From positions 1-11,388 of the forward strand of contig JAYUVP010000069.1 of NCBI GenBank assembly GCA_043753995.1: a stretch of DNA of 11,388 nt, in the 5' to 3' direction. The position numbers were made by a program, and so were the translations under genes. Below, piece by piece: positions 1-11,388 of the stretch; within the stretch, counting starts at the first letter, position 1; each line of letters starts with the position of its first letter. This DNA comes from Fibrobacterota bacterium (GTDB lineage Bacteria; Fibrobacterota; Fibrobacteria; UBA11236). Below the pieces are notes generated by a model that saw nothing but the letters and a program-made list of their open reading frames with translations, was not told the DNA's origin and did no database searches.

Positions 1-48
1 AGCGGTCTCCAAAACCGTTGGTTGTAGGTTCGATTCCTATCTGGCCTG
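1..48 (+). tRNA. trnW: tRNA-Trp (anticodon CCA), 5'-truncated by the window edge
   Basis: Anticodon arm GCGGT(2-6)/CTCCAAA loop (CCA at 9-11)/ACCGT(14-18). T-arm GTAGG-TTCGATT-CCTAT (24-40), acceptor 3' strand CTGGCCT (41-47), discriminator G48. tRNA-Trp directly upstream of secE is a common arrangement. No 3' CCA is encoded. Confidence 0.95.
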
Positions 49-99
49 AAAAGCACCCTAGATTAGACCTGTAGAGCACTGAATAAAGAAAAACTGAAG

Positions 100-288
100 A
101 TGCGCCGGTTCCAGAACTATATCCGAGACGTGATCGGGGAGTTGCGAAAGGTCACATGGCCGACACGCGATGAACTGAAAGGCTCCACCATCACGGTGGT
201 TGTTTTCAGCATTCTAGCGACGGTTTTTGTCTTCGCTGCCGATTTTTTACTGGGTTTGGCCGTCACGGGGTTCACCAAGCTGTTCTGA
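100..288 (+). CDS. secE: Preprotein translocase subunit SecE, short single-TM type (62 aa)
   Basis: SecE motif ELRKVTWPTRDEL followed by one hydrophobic helix. Sits between tRNA-Trp and nusG. Confidence 0.96.
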   Translation: MRRFQNYIRDVIGELRKVTWPTRDELKGSTITVVVFSILATVFVFAADFLLGLAVTGFTKLF

Positions 289-322
289 GGCGCATCGGGA
301 GCAATCCCCGCGCGGAGTCATC

Positions 323-853
323 ATGAAGTGGTACGTCGTCCATACCTATTCGGGCCAAGAGGGCAAGGTGAAACAACACCTCGATGCTCTCGTTCTCCGA
401 AATAACCTGAAAGACCAAATCGGTCAGGTGCTTTTGCCTATGCGCGAAGTCACCACGGTGCAAAAGGGTAAGAAGACGACTCGTGATCGCAAGTTTTTTC
501 CGTCTTATATCCTAGTTGAAATGGATATGAATAAAGACACCATGCACTGGGTAACGGAAATCCCTGGTGTGACCCATTTCGTGGGTGGTGAGGGCAAACC
601 GCAACCTCTGCGCCGCGCCGAAGTCGAGAGAATTCTCGGTCAAAGCGCCGTGCCTGAAGCGGCCGAAACCGGTGTCGTGGAAATCCCGTTCAAAAGCGGG
701 GACAAGGTTCGTATTAAAGATGGGCCTTTCAAGGATTTCGATGGAGTGGTCGAAGAGATCAATCCTGAGAAGGGCAAGCTCAAGGTCATGGTCAGCGTCT
801 TCGGCCGTTCCACCCCTGTCGAACTCGACTTCGGTCAAGTCGATAACGTCTGA
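323..853 (+). CDS. nusG: Transcription termination/antitermination factor NusG (176 aa)
   Basis: Starts [13 protein letters not shown], has [10 protein letters not shown], a KOW motif ([11 protein letters not shown]) and C-terminal [14 protein letters not shown] 323 is preceded by SD GGAG (314-317). The ORF-track start at 227 overlaps secE. Confidence 0.98.
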   Translation: MKWYVVHTYSGQEGKVKQHLDALVLRNNLKDQIGQVLLPMREVTTVQKGKKTTRDRKFFPSYILVEMDMNKDTMHWVTEIPGVTHFVGGEGKPQPLRRAEVERILGQSAVPEAAETGVVEIPFKSGDKVRIKDGPFKDFDGVVEEINPEKGKLKVMVSVFGRSTPVELDFGQVDNV

Positions 854-887
854 TCGCCAAGGCCTCAAAGGATATTAGGGAGTTAAC

Positions 888-1310
888 GTGGCAAAGAAGA
901 TTACAGGCTACATCAAGCTGCAAGTGAACGCAGGCGCGGCGAATCCCTCGCCACCCATTGGCCCTGCCTTGGGTCAAAAGGGTTTGAACATCATGGAGTT
1001 CTGCAAGGCTTTCAATGCCCAGACGCAGGATAAGAAGGGCTATATCATCCCCGTGATCATCACGGTGTATGCCGATCGCACCTTCAGCTTCGTGTGCAAG
1101 ACTCCTCCTGTGGCCGATCTCATCAAGAAGGCCATTAAGCTGGAAAAAGGTTCGGGCGAACCGAATCGCAAAAAGGTCGGCAAAATCACCCAGGCGCAAA
1201 TCGAAGAGATCGCCAAGATGAAAATGCCTGACTTGAATACCGATAGCTTGGAATCGGCTTGCAGCATGGTTGCAGGCACGGCTAAGAGCATGGGACTGGA
1301 ATTCGCCTGA
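888..1310 (+). CDS. rplK: 50S ribosomal protein L11 (uL11, 140 aa)
   Basis: [30 protein letters not shown] and KTPP motifs. GTG start with SD GGGAG (878-882). Confidence 0.99.
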   Translation: MAKKITGYIKLQVNAGAANPSPPIGPALGQKGLNIMEFCKAFNAQTQDKKGYIIPVIITVYADRTFSFVCKTPPVADLIKKAIKLEKGSGEPNRKKVGKITQAQIEEIAKMKMPDLNTDSLESACSMVAGTAKSMGLEFA

Positions 1311-1343
1311 TCTTCGGATCGGCATAGAGAAAACAATTCACCA

Positions 1344-1431
1344 CCTCCAAGGGCGTTTTTCTGAGGCGAAAGCCAAGGGACGCTAAGCGCTGGCGAGTAA
1401 ATCACTCGCTGGGCCGCCTGGGTTGAGGGAG
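1344..1431 (+). promoter_or_regulatory. Candidate structured cis-regulatory RNA upstream of rplA
   Basis: Two hairpins (1352-1384 capped by GGC-GAAA-GCC, and 1387-1417), plus a possible closing stem 1344-1350/1423-1428. Ribosomal-protein autoregulatory leaders occur at this position in some phyla. Function is inferred. Confidence 0.45.
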
Positions 1432-1447
1432 CAGAAGGCAAGAAAGC

Positions 1448-2146
1448 ATGAAGCGAAGCAAGCAATACCGCGCGGTTTCCGAGAAAATCGACCGCACCAA
1501 GGAATATGGCCTCGATGCCGCTATTCAGATTCTGAAGGGCGGCGCTACGACCAAATTCGATCAAACCCTCGAATTGCATATGCGCTTGGGCGTCGATCCC
1601 AAGTACAGCGACCAAGTGGTGCGTGGCAATGTGGCCCTGCCTCATGGTTCTGGTAAAAAAGTCCGCGTCTTGGTTTTCGCCAAGGGTGGTCTTGAAAAAG
1701 CCGCTGTGGACGCCGGTGCCGAATTTGTTGGCGCGGAAGAACTCGTAACCAAGATTCAAGGCGGCTGGCTCGATTTCGACGCCGTCATCGCCACCCCTGA
1801 CATGATGCCCCTCGTCGGTAAGGTCGCTCGCGTGCTCGGTCCTCGCGGACTTATGCCCAGCCCCAAAGCGGGCACGGTGACCATGAATGTGGCCCAAGTC
1901 ATCAAGGAATTAAAGGCGGGTAAAATCGCCTATCGCGTCGACAAGGGTGGCAATGTCCACGCTCCTTTCGGCAAAGCCAGCTTCTCGGCACAACAACTGG
2001 TCGAAAATGTCCAGTCAGTGATTGAATCGGTGGTCAAGGCCAAGCCTGCTACTGCTAAGGGCGTCTATGTGCGCTCCATCACACTTGCCAGCACCATGAG
2101 CCCGGGCGTCCGTATCGACCGTGCCATCACCTCCAAGGTGGCGTAA
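1448..2146 (+). CDS. rplA: 50S ribosomal protein L1 (uL1, 232 aa)
   Basis: [46 protein letters not shown] and STMSPG motifs. Confidence 0.99.
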   Translation: MKRSKQYRAVSEKIDRTKEYGLDAAIQILKGGATTKFDQTLELHMRLGVDPKYSDQVVRGNVALPHGSGKKVRVLVFAKGGLEKAAVDAGAEFVGAEELVTKIQGGWLDFDAVIATPDMMPLVGKVARVLGPRGLMPSPKAGTVTMNVAQVIKELKAGKIAYRVDKGGNVHAPFGKASFSAQQLVENVQSVIESVVKAKPATAKGVYVRSITLASTMSPGVRIDRAITSKVA

Positions 2147-2169
2147 GCCAAGGTCACAGGAGAATACGC

Positions 2170-2712
2170 ATGCCTACGAATAAGCTCGAAACCATCGAAC
2201 AACTCAAAACTGAGATTAAAAAGTCCAGCGGCCTTTATTTTGCCGACTTCACCAAGGTCACCGTTCAAACCGTCACCGGTTTGCGTCGTGCCTTGGTTAA
2301 AAAAGGCATTCGCATCCGGGTGGCTAAAAACACCTTGATCAAGCGCGCGCTGAACGATTGCGGTATTTCCGGTGTGGATGTGCATCTGGTGGGCCCTACC
2401 GCCGTGATCATGTCCGACAATGAGGATCCTATAGCGCCTGCCAAGCTTCTCGTCGATTTTCATAAGGCTAATGAGGGGCTCATGTCTCTCAAGGCCATAC
2501 ATATCGACGGGCAGGCGTATACGGGAAACCAGTTGGCGACCATCGCTAAAATGCCCGGCAAACGTGAGCTCCAAGCCCAGATTATTCGTCTGGCTATGGG
2601 CCCCGGTGCCAATGTCCTGGGCCTTATCAAAGGTCCGGGCAGCCGAATCGCCAGCCAAATCCAGGCGCTGGCCGACAAGCTGGAACAGGGCGAGGCGGTG
2701 TCGGCAGCCTAA
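2170..2712 (+). CDS. rplJ: 50S ribosomal protein L10 (uL10, 180 aa)
   Basis: VAKNTLIKRAL and LVGPTA motifs, SD AGGAG (2158-2162), position between rplA and rplL. Confidence 0.97.
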   Translation: MPTNKLETIEQLKTEIKKSSGLYFADFTKVTVQTVTGLRRALVKKGIRIRVAKNTLIKRALNDCGISGVDVHLVGPTAVIMSDNEDPIAPAKLLVDFHKANEGLMSLKAIHIDGQAYTGNQLATIAKMPGKRELQAQIIRLAMGPGANVLGLIKGPGSRIASQIQALADKLEQGEAVSAA

Positions 2713-2778
2713 GGGTTGTCGACCAATCGGAAAGCCAGGATAGAAACATCAATCAAAAAATCCCCCACGGAGGAAATC

Positions 2779-3174
2779 ATGTCTGAAGCCAACTACACCC
2801 CCGCCATCAAGGATATCGGTGACAAGATCGTCGCTCTGAGTCTGTTGCAGGCCAAAGAATTGTCCGATTACTTGAAGAATGTCTATGGACTCGAAGCCGC
2901 TGCTGCTGCCGCTGTTGTGGCTGGCCCTGCCGCCGCTTCCAGTGCGGAAGCTGCTGTCGAGAAAACCGAATTCGACGTCATTCTCGAGAATTGCGGCGCC
3001 AACAAAATCAACGTGATCAAGGTGGTTCGCGCCATCACCGGTCTCGGCCTCGCCGAAGCCAAGGGTCTCGTCGATGGTGCCCCCAAAGCTGTCAAGGAAG
3101 CGGCCGCTAAAGCCGACGCCGAGAAGTGGAAGAAAGAGCTCGAAGACGCCGGAGCCAAGGTTACTCTGAAGTAA
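2779..3174 (+). CDS. rplL: 50S ribosomal protein L7/L12 (bL12, 131 aa)
   Basis: Ala-rich hinge, [24 protein letters not shown] and [14 protein letters not shown] 2779 has a strong SD GGAGG (2769-2773). The ORF-track TTG start at 2716 is unlikely. Confidence 0.99.
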   Translation: MSEANYTPAIKDIGDKIVALSLLQAKELSDYLKNVYGLEAAAAAAVVAGPAAASSAEAAVEKTEFDVILENCGANKINVIKVVRAITGLGLAEAKGLVDGAPKAVKEAAAKADAEKWKKELEDAGAKVTLK

Positions 3175-3208
3175 TCGCGTGATAGCGATTGCCTTGAAAA
3201 TGCGTCAT

Positions 3209-3255
3209 AACGGGGGCGCCCAAGCCATTCACGTGGCAGGGCGTTTTCCGTTTTT
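3209..3255 (+). terminator. Putative intrinsic terminator/attenuator between rplL and rpoB
   Basis: GC-rich hairpin CGCCC(3217-3221)/GGGCG(3239-3243) with inner GCCAT/GTGGC, extendable by AACGG/CCGTT, followed by TTTTCCGTTTTT. E. coli has an attenuator at the same position. Confidence 0.7.
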
Positions 3256-3385
3256 GGAAAATTCAGGTTTGCTTTTGCCGCTATGGCAAATTGCATTCCG
3301 CCGGCCGCATCCGCTTTCATAGCGCGATGCAGTTTGCCCTTTGGGCTATGGTGGCATTGAGAACTTCCGTCAAGGGAACGAAGAC

Positions 3386-7156
<3,771 letters not shown>

Positions 7157-7186
7157 GCCAGGGTACGTGGATTCGAAGGAGATAAC

Positions 7187-10100
7187 GTGGAAGGCCAACT
7201 AAACGATCTGCTCGAGAACGCTCCCGGCATACAGCCTAAGGAAGCGATCAGCATTCAACTTTCCTCGCCCGACATCATCCGCGGATGGTCTTATGGCGAG
7301 GTCACTAAACCTGAAACCATCAATTATCGCAGCTTTAAGCCCGAAAAAGATGGATTGTTCTGCGAACGCATTTTTGGCCCGGTCAAGAACTGGGAATGCT
7401 CCTGCGGCAAATACAAGCGCATTCGCTATCGCGGCGTGGTCTGCGATCGTTGCGGCGTTGAAGTCACGCACAGCAAGGTGCGCCGCGAACGCATGGGCCA
7501 TATCGAATTGGCCGTGCCCGTGGTTCACATTTGGTTTTTCAAGAGCTTGCCTTCGGTTATCGGTGCCCTCATCGGCATTTCAGTGACCAATCTCGAGCGC
7601 ATCATCTATTACGAATCGTATGTCGTGCTCGATCCGGGCGACACCGATTTGAAGAATGGCCAACTCATTTCCGAGGACGAATACATCGATCTCGAGGAAG
7701 AAGGACGCCACTTCGACGCCAAGATGGGCGCGCCTGCTATCAAGCAATTGCTGGCTGAAATCGATCTCGATAAGTCGAGCGCCAGCATGCGTTCGCGTAT
7801 CAAGGACGAAACCTCGGTGCAGCGCAAGACGGATTTGCTCAAGCGCCTGAAGGTGACCGAGGCTTTCCGCAAGTCGCCCAATCGTCCCGAGTGGATGGTG
7901 CTGGACGTCGTTCCCGTTTTGCCCCCGGATTTGCGTCCGCTGGTGCCTCTCGAAGGCGGCCGTTTCGCCACCTCCGATTTGAATGATTTATATCGCCGCG
8001 TCATCAACCGTAATAACCGGTTGAAGAAGCTCATCGACATCAAGGCTCCTGAAGTGATTCTGCGCAATGAAAAGCGCATGTTGCAAGAAGCCGTCGACGT
8101 GCTTTTCGACAATGGCCGCCGCACCTTCTCCGTGAAGGGCGAAAATCGCCGTCCCCTGAAGTCCCTCTCTGAATTGCTGAAAGGCAAGCAGGGTCGCTTC
8201 CGTCAGAATCTTCTCGGCAAGCGCGTGGATTATTCTGGCCGTTCCGTGATCGTCGTGGGCCCCGAGCTCAAGATGCACGAATGCGGTTTGCCCAAGCCCA
8301 TGGCGCTTGAGCTTTACAAGCCCTTCATCATCCAGAAGCTGGAAGAAAAGGGTTATGTGCATACGGTCAAGTCGGCGAAGAAATTCGTCGAAAAGGAACG
8401 CCCTGAGGTCTGGGATATTCTCGAAGAGATTATCGAAGATCATCCCGTGCTCCTGAACCGCGCGCCGACCCTGCATCGCCTCGGTATTCAAGGCTTTTAT
8501 CCTCGCCTCATCGAAGGCAAGGCCATTCGCCTGCATCCCCTGGTTTGCACCGCCTTCAATGCCGACTTTGACGGCGATCAAATGGCCATTCACTTGCCCC
8601 TCTCTTTCGAGGCGCAATTGGAAACCCGTATTTTGATGGTGGCATCCAACAATATCTTGCATCCGGCTTCGGGTCAGCCCATTGCCGTGCCTTCGCAGGA
8701 TATCGTTTTGGGCTGCTATTACCTGACTTTGATGAAAAAGACCGGCAAGGGCGCTGGCAAAATGTTCTCCGACGGCGAAGAAGCCATTCGAGCTTACGAA
8801 GCCGGAGCCATCGACATGCATGTGCCTATCAAGGTGCGCATCGAAGGCAAAATGATCGAGACTTCGGTCGGTCGCGTGATGTTGAATCAAGTCGTGCCTA
8901 AAGAGCTCGGCTTCCTCAACAAAACCTTCGACAAGAAGACCATATCCCAAACCATTGACCGGCAATTCCGTGTTGCTGGCAATGAGAAGACCTGCCAATT
9001 CCTCGACGCCATCAAGGAAACGGGTTTCAAGTCGGCAACGCGCGGTGGTATGTCCATCGCTATTTCCGACATGATTATCCCGCCTGAGAAGTACGAGATG
9101 ATTGCCGGCACCAAGAAAAAGGTCGATAAGGTTCAAGAGCTCTACGAAAACGGTGTCATCACCGACGGCGAGCGCTATAACCAAGTCATCGATTTGTGGT
9201 CGCATACCACCAATGACGTGGCCTCCCTCGTGTACGAAAAGCTTTCGCAAGATCGCGACGGATTCAATCCCGTGTACATGATGGCCGTTTCCGGCGCCCG
9301 CGGTAGCCGCGAGCAAATCAAGCAGCTTTCCGGCATGCGCGGCCTTATGGCCAAGCCCCAGAAGAAGCTGACGGGTCAAGAAATCATCGAGAACCCGATT
9401 CTTTCTTGCTTTCGCGAAGGCTTGAATGTTCTCGAATACTTCATCTCGACTCACGGTGCGCGTAAAGGTTTGGCCGATACCGCTCTGAAGACGGCTGACG
9501 CCGGTTATTTGACTCGTCGTCTCGTCGACGTGGCGCAAGATCTCGTGGTCAATGAATTCGATTGCGGCACCGTGCTCGGTCTCGAAATGACCGATACCAC
9601 GGAAGGCGACGACGTGGTCGTGCCTCTGGCAGACAAGATTCTCGGCCGCGTGGCTTGCGATGATGTTTATCACCCCGTCAATGACGTCCTGCTCTGCGAA
9701 GCGGGCACCGTCCTTGACGAAAAAATGGCCGAATTGGTCGGATCCGCTGGGCTTGAAAGCCTCAAGGTGCGCTCGGTGCTCACCTGCGAAGCCACCAAGG
9801 GCGTTTGCGTGAAGTGCTATGGCCGTAATCTGGCCAATGGTCGCGTCATCGACATCGGCGAAGCCGTCGGTGTTGTGGCCGCCCAGTCCATCGGCGAACC
9901 GGGCACCCAGCTCACCTTGCGCACTTTCCACATCGGTGGCGCCGCGGCTCGTATGACCGCCGAATCGATGAAGAAGACCAAGTGGGATTGCAAGATTCAG
10001 ATGAATGACGTCGAAACCGTCATCAATAAGGGCGGCGACAATGTGGTCATCAGCCGTAGCGGCGAAATGACCCTGCTAGACGACCATGGCATCACCAAGG

Positions 10101-11326
10101 TTCGTTATGTCGTACCCTACGGTTCCTCGCTCAAGGTGAAGGACGGCCAAAGCATCAAGGCCGGCTCCGCTTTGTTCGAATGGGATCCTTACAATACCCT
10201 GATTATTACTCGTCACAGCGGTAAGGTTGAATTCGACGCGTTGAAAGACGGCGTCACCTATATCACTGAATTCGACGATACCACGGGCATGGAGCGCATT
10301 CGCGTCATTCGTGACAAGAAGGCCAAGCTCCATCCTCATATCAATATCATCGACGAAGCCGGTCGCAAGCTCGATCGTTATAGCATTCCCGAGAATGCCT
10401 ATATCCAGGTCCGTAACAATGACAAGGTCAGTGCCGGCGACGCCGTCGTGAAAATCGCCCGCTCCGCAGGCAAGACTCGCGACATCACCGGTGGTTTGCC
10501 TCGCGTGGCCGAACTCTTTGAAGCTCGTCGTCCCAAGAGCCCAGCGGTGGTGACAGCCATCGACGGTATCGTGGCTTTCGGCGAACTCGAACGCGGTCAG
10601 CAGCGCATCATGGTCGAAGATGGCGAGATGAAGGAATCCTATCTCGTGCCTCGCGGCAAGCATGTCACCGTGCACCCGGGCGATCGCGTCCGCAGTGGCG
10701 ATAAGCTTTGCGACGGCCCCATTGACCCCCATGATATCTTGGCCATTCAAGGTGACCAATCCGTGCAGAAATACCTGGTCGAAGAAATTCAGGCCGTGTA
10801 TCGCTTGCAAGGTGTGACCATTTCCGATAAGCACATCGAATGCATTGTCCGTCAGATGATGCGTAAGGTGATTATCCAGGATGCTGGCGACACCGACCTG
10901 CTCGAAGGCGAAGAAATTTCCAAGGCCCGCTTGCGCAATGAAAACGAACGCGTGGTCGCCGCCAACGGAAAGCCTGGAACCTATCGTCCCTTGCTGCTCG
11001 GTATCACCAAGGCTTCCTTGGCCACCGACTCCTTCATTTCCGCTGCTTCTTTCCAAGAGACGACCAAGGTGTTGACTGCCGCCGCCATCGCCGGCAAAAT
11101 CGACACCCTCGAAGGCTTGAAGGAAAATGTGATTATGGGTCGCCTCATTCCTTCGGGAACGGGAAATCCCCATATCAACAACATTCGCATCAAGGACATG
11201 GACGCCGAATCCGAGGAAGAAGCCGGAATTCGGGCCGTTCGCGACAGTTTGGACGATGGGGACGGGGAAGACAATATCCGCGCCTCAACATCCCCTGCTG
11301 CCCTTGCCAACTCCGAGACCGCATAA
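7187..11326 (+). CDS. rpoC: DNA-directed RNA polymerase subunit beta' (1379 aa)
   Basis: Zn finger CSC..CDRC, catalytic NADFDGD (8558-8578), bridge helix [17 protein letters not shown], trigger loop [13 protein letters not shown] with an insertion of about 180 aa. GTG start with SD AAGGAG (7176-7181). Confidence 0.99.
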   Translation: MEGQLNDLLENAPGIQPKEAISIQLSSPDIIRGWSYGEVTKPETINYRSFKPEKDGLFCERIFGPVKNWECSCGKYKRIRYRGVVCDRCGVEVTHSKVRRERMGHIELAVPVVHIWFFKSLPSVIGALIGISVTNLERIIYYESYVVLDPGDTDLKNGQLISEDEYIDLEEEGRHFDAKMGAPAIKQLLAEIDLDKSSASMRSRIKDETSVQRKTDLLKRLKVTEAFRKSPNRPEWMVLDVVPVLPPDLRPLVPLEGGRFATSDLNDLYRRVINRNNRLKKLIDIKAPEVILRNEKRMLQEAVDVLFDNGRRTFSVKGENRRPLKSLSELLKGKQGRFRQNLLGKRVDYSGRSVIVVGPELKMHECGLPKPMALELYKPFIIQKLEEKGYVHTVKSAKKFVEKERPEVWDILEEIIEDHPVLLNRAPTLHRLGIQGFYPRLIEGKAIRLHPLVCTAFNADFDGDQMAIHLPLSFEAQLETRILMVASNNILHPASGQPIAVPSQDIVLGCYYLTLMKKTGKGAGKMFSDGEEAIRAYEAGAIDMHVPIKVRIEGKMIETSVGRVMLNQVVPKELGFLNKTFDKKTISQTIDRQFRVAGNEKTCQFLDAIKETGFKSATRGGMSIAISDMIIPPEKYEMIAGTKKKVDKVQELYENGVITDGERYNQVIDLWSHTTNDVASLVYEKLSQDRDGFNPVYMMAVSGARGSREQIKQLSGMRGLMAKPQKKLTGQEIIENPILSCFREGLNVLEYFISTHGARKGLADTALKTADAGYLTRRLVDVAQDLVVNEFDCGTVLGLEMTDTTEGDDVVVPLADKILGRVACDDVYHPVNDVLLCEAGTVLDEKMAELVGSAGLESLKVRSVLTCEATKGVCVKCYGRNLANGRVIDIGEAVGVVAAQSIGEPGTQLTLRTFHIGGAAARMTAESMKKTKWDCKIQMNDVETVINKGGDNVVISRSGEMTLLDDHGITKVRYVVPYGSSLKVKDGQSIKAGSALFEWDPYNTLIITRHSGKVEFDALKDGVTYITEFDDTTGMERIRVIRDKKAKLHPHINIIDEAGRKLDRYSIPENAYIQVRNNDKVSAGDAVVKIARSAGKTRDITGGLPRVAELFEARRPKSPAVVTAIDGIVAFGELERGQQRIMVEDGEMKESYLVPRGKHVTVHPGDRVRSGDKLCDGPIDPHDILAIQGDQSVQKYLVEEIQAVYRLQGVTISDKHIECIVRQMMRKVIIQDAGDTDLLEGEEISKARLRNENERVVAANGKPGTYRPLLLGITKASLATDSFISAASFQETTKVLTAAAIAGKIDTLEGLKENVIMGRLIPSGTGNPHINNIRIKDMDAESEEEAGIRAVRDSLDDGDGEDNIRASTSPAALANSETA

Positions 11327-11330
11327 CCTG

Positions 11331-11360
11331 TTGACGGTCAAGGAGTTCATCGATTAACCT
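11331..11360 (+). promoter_or_regulatory. Candidate sigma70 promoter for the next gene (often rpsL in this context)
   Basis: -35 TTGACG (11331-11336), 18-nt spacer, -10 TAACCT (11355-11360). The downstream gene is outside the window. Confidence 0.45.
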
Positions 11361-11388
11361 TTACCCCTCTTTGCTGAAATTCAACGAG

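Noticed and set aside
227..322. N-terminal extension of NusG in the ORF track
   Set aside because: It overlaps secE. The conserved NusG start and its SD are at 323.
1361..1371. CTGA...GAAA resembling a hammerhead ribozyme core
   Set aside because: It lacks CUGANGA and the stem II arrangement. GAAA here is simply a tetraloop closed by GGC/GCC.
1423..1656. Alternative-frame + strand ORFs (also 585-878, 3291-3644, 3747-4139, 5304-5624 and others)
   Set aside because: They are short, out-of-frame overlaps of conserved essential genes with no recognisable protein motifs.
2716..2778. N-terminal extension of L7/L12 from TTG 2716
   Set aside because: The strong GGAGG SD precedes ATG 2779, and the extension is not L12-like.
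2896..2956. GCN trinucleotide repeat in rplL
   Set aside because: It encodes the normal Ala-rich L12 hinge.
3341..3385. 15-aa extension of RpoB from TTG 3341
   Set aside because: No SD and buried in predicted structure. ATG 3386 has an SD-like element.
7988..9931. 647-aa antisense ORF inside rpoC, plus 10076-11173 and similar antisense ORFs over rpoB, rplA and rplJ
   Set aside because: The rpoC ones are codon-aligned shadows. Their stops are the complements of rare sense codons (TTA at 7988, CTA at 10076), so avoiding TTA/CTA/TCA in highly expressed genes keeps the frame open. No recognisable motifs.

Overview
This window is the conserved core housekeeping cluster, all on the + strand: the 3' part of tRNA-Trp(CCA), then secE, nusG, rplK, rplA, rplJ, rplL, rpoB and rpoC. 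All eight CDSs appear intact, with no frameshifts, inteins, mobile elements or CRISPR arrays. A 5-aa insertion in RpoC ([17 protein letters not shown]) points to the FCB group, and Fibrobacterota is a tentative guess. I see no new protein-coding system. The features most worth checking are non-coding: (i) a 137-nt structured rplK-rplA spacer, together with a 23-nt rplA-rplJ gap that leaves no room for the usual L10 leader; (ii) a 211-nt rplL-rpoB spacer with a terminator/attenuator and a long stem that has alternative folds; (iii) a palindromic promoter candidate after rpoC; (iv) short motifs that recur in the spacers. All RNA structures were paired by eye, not computed.
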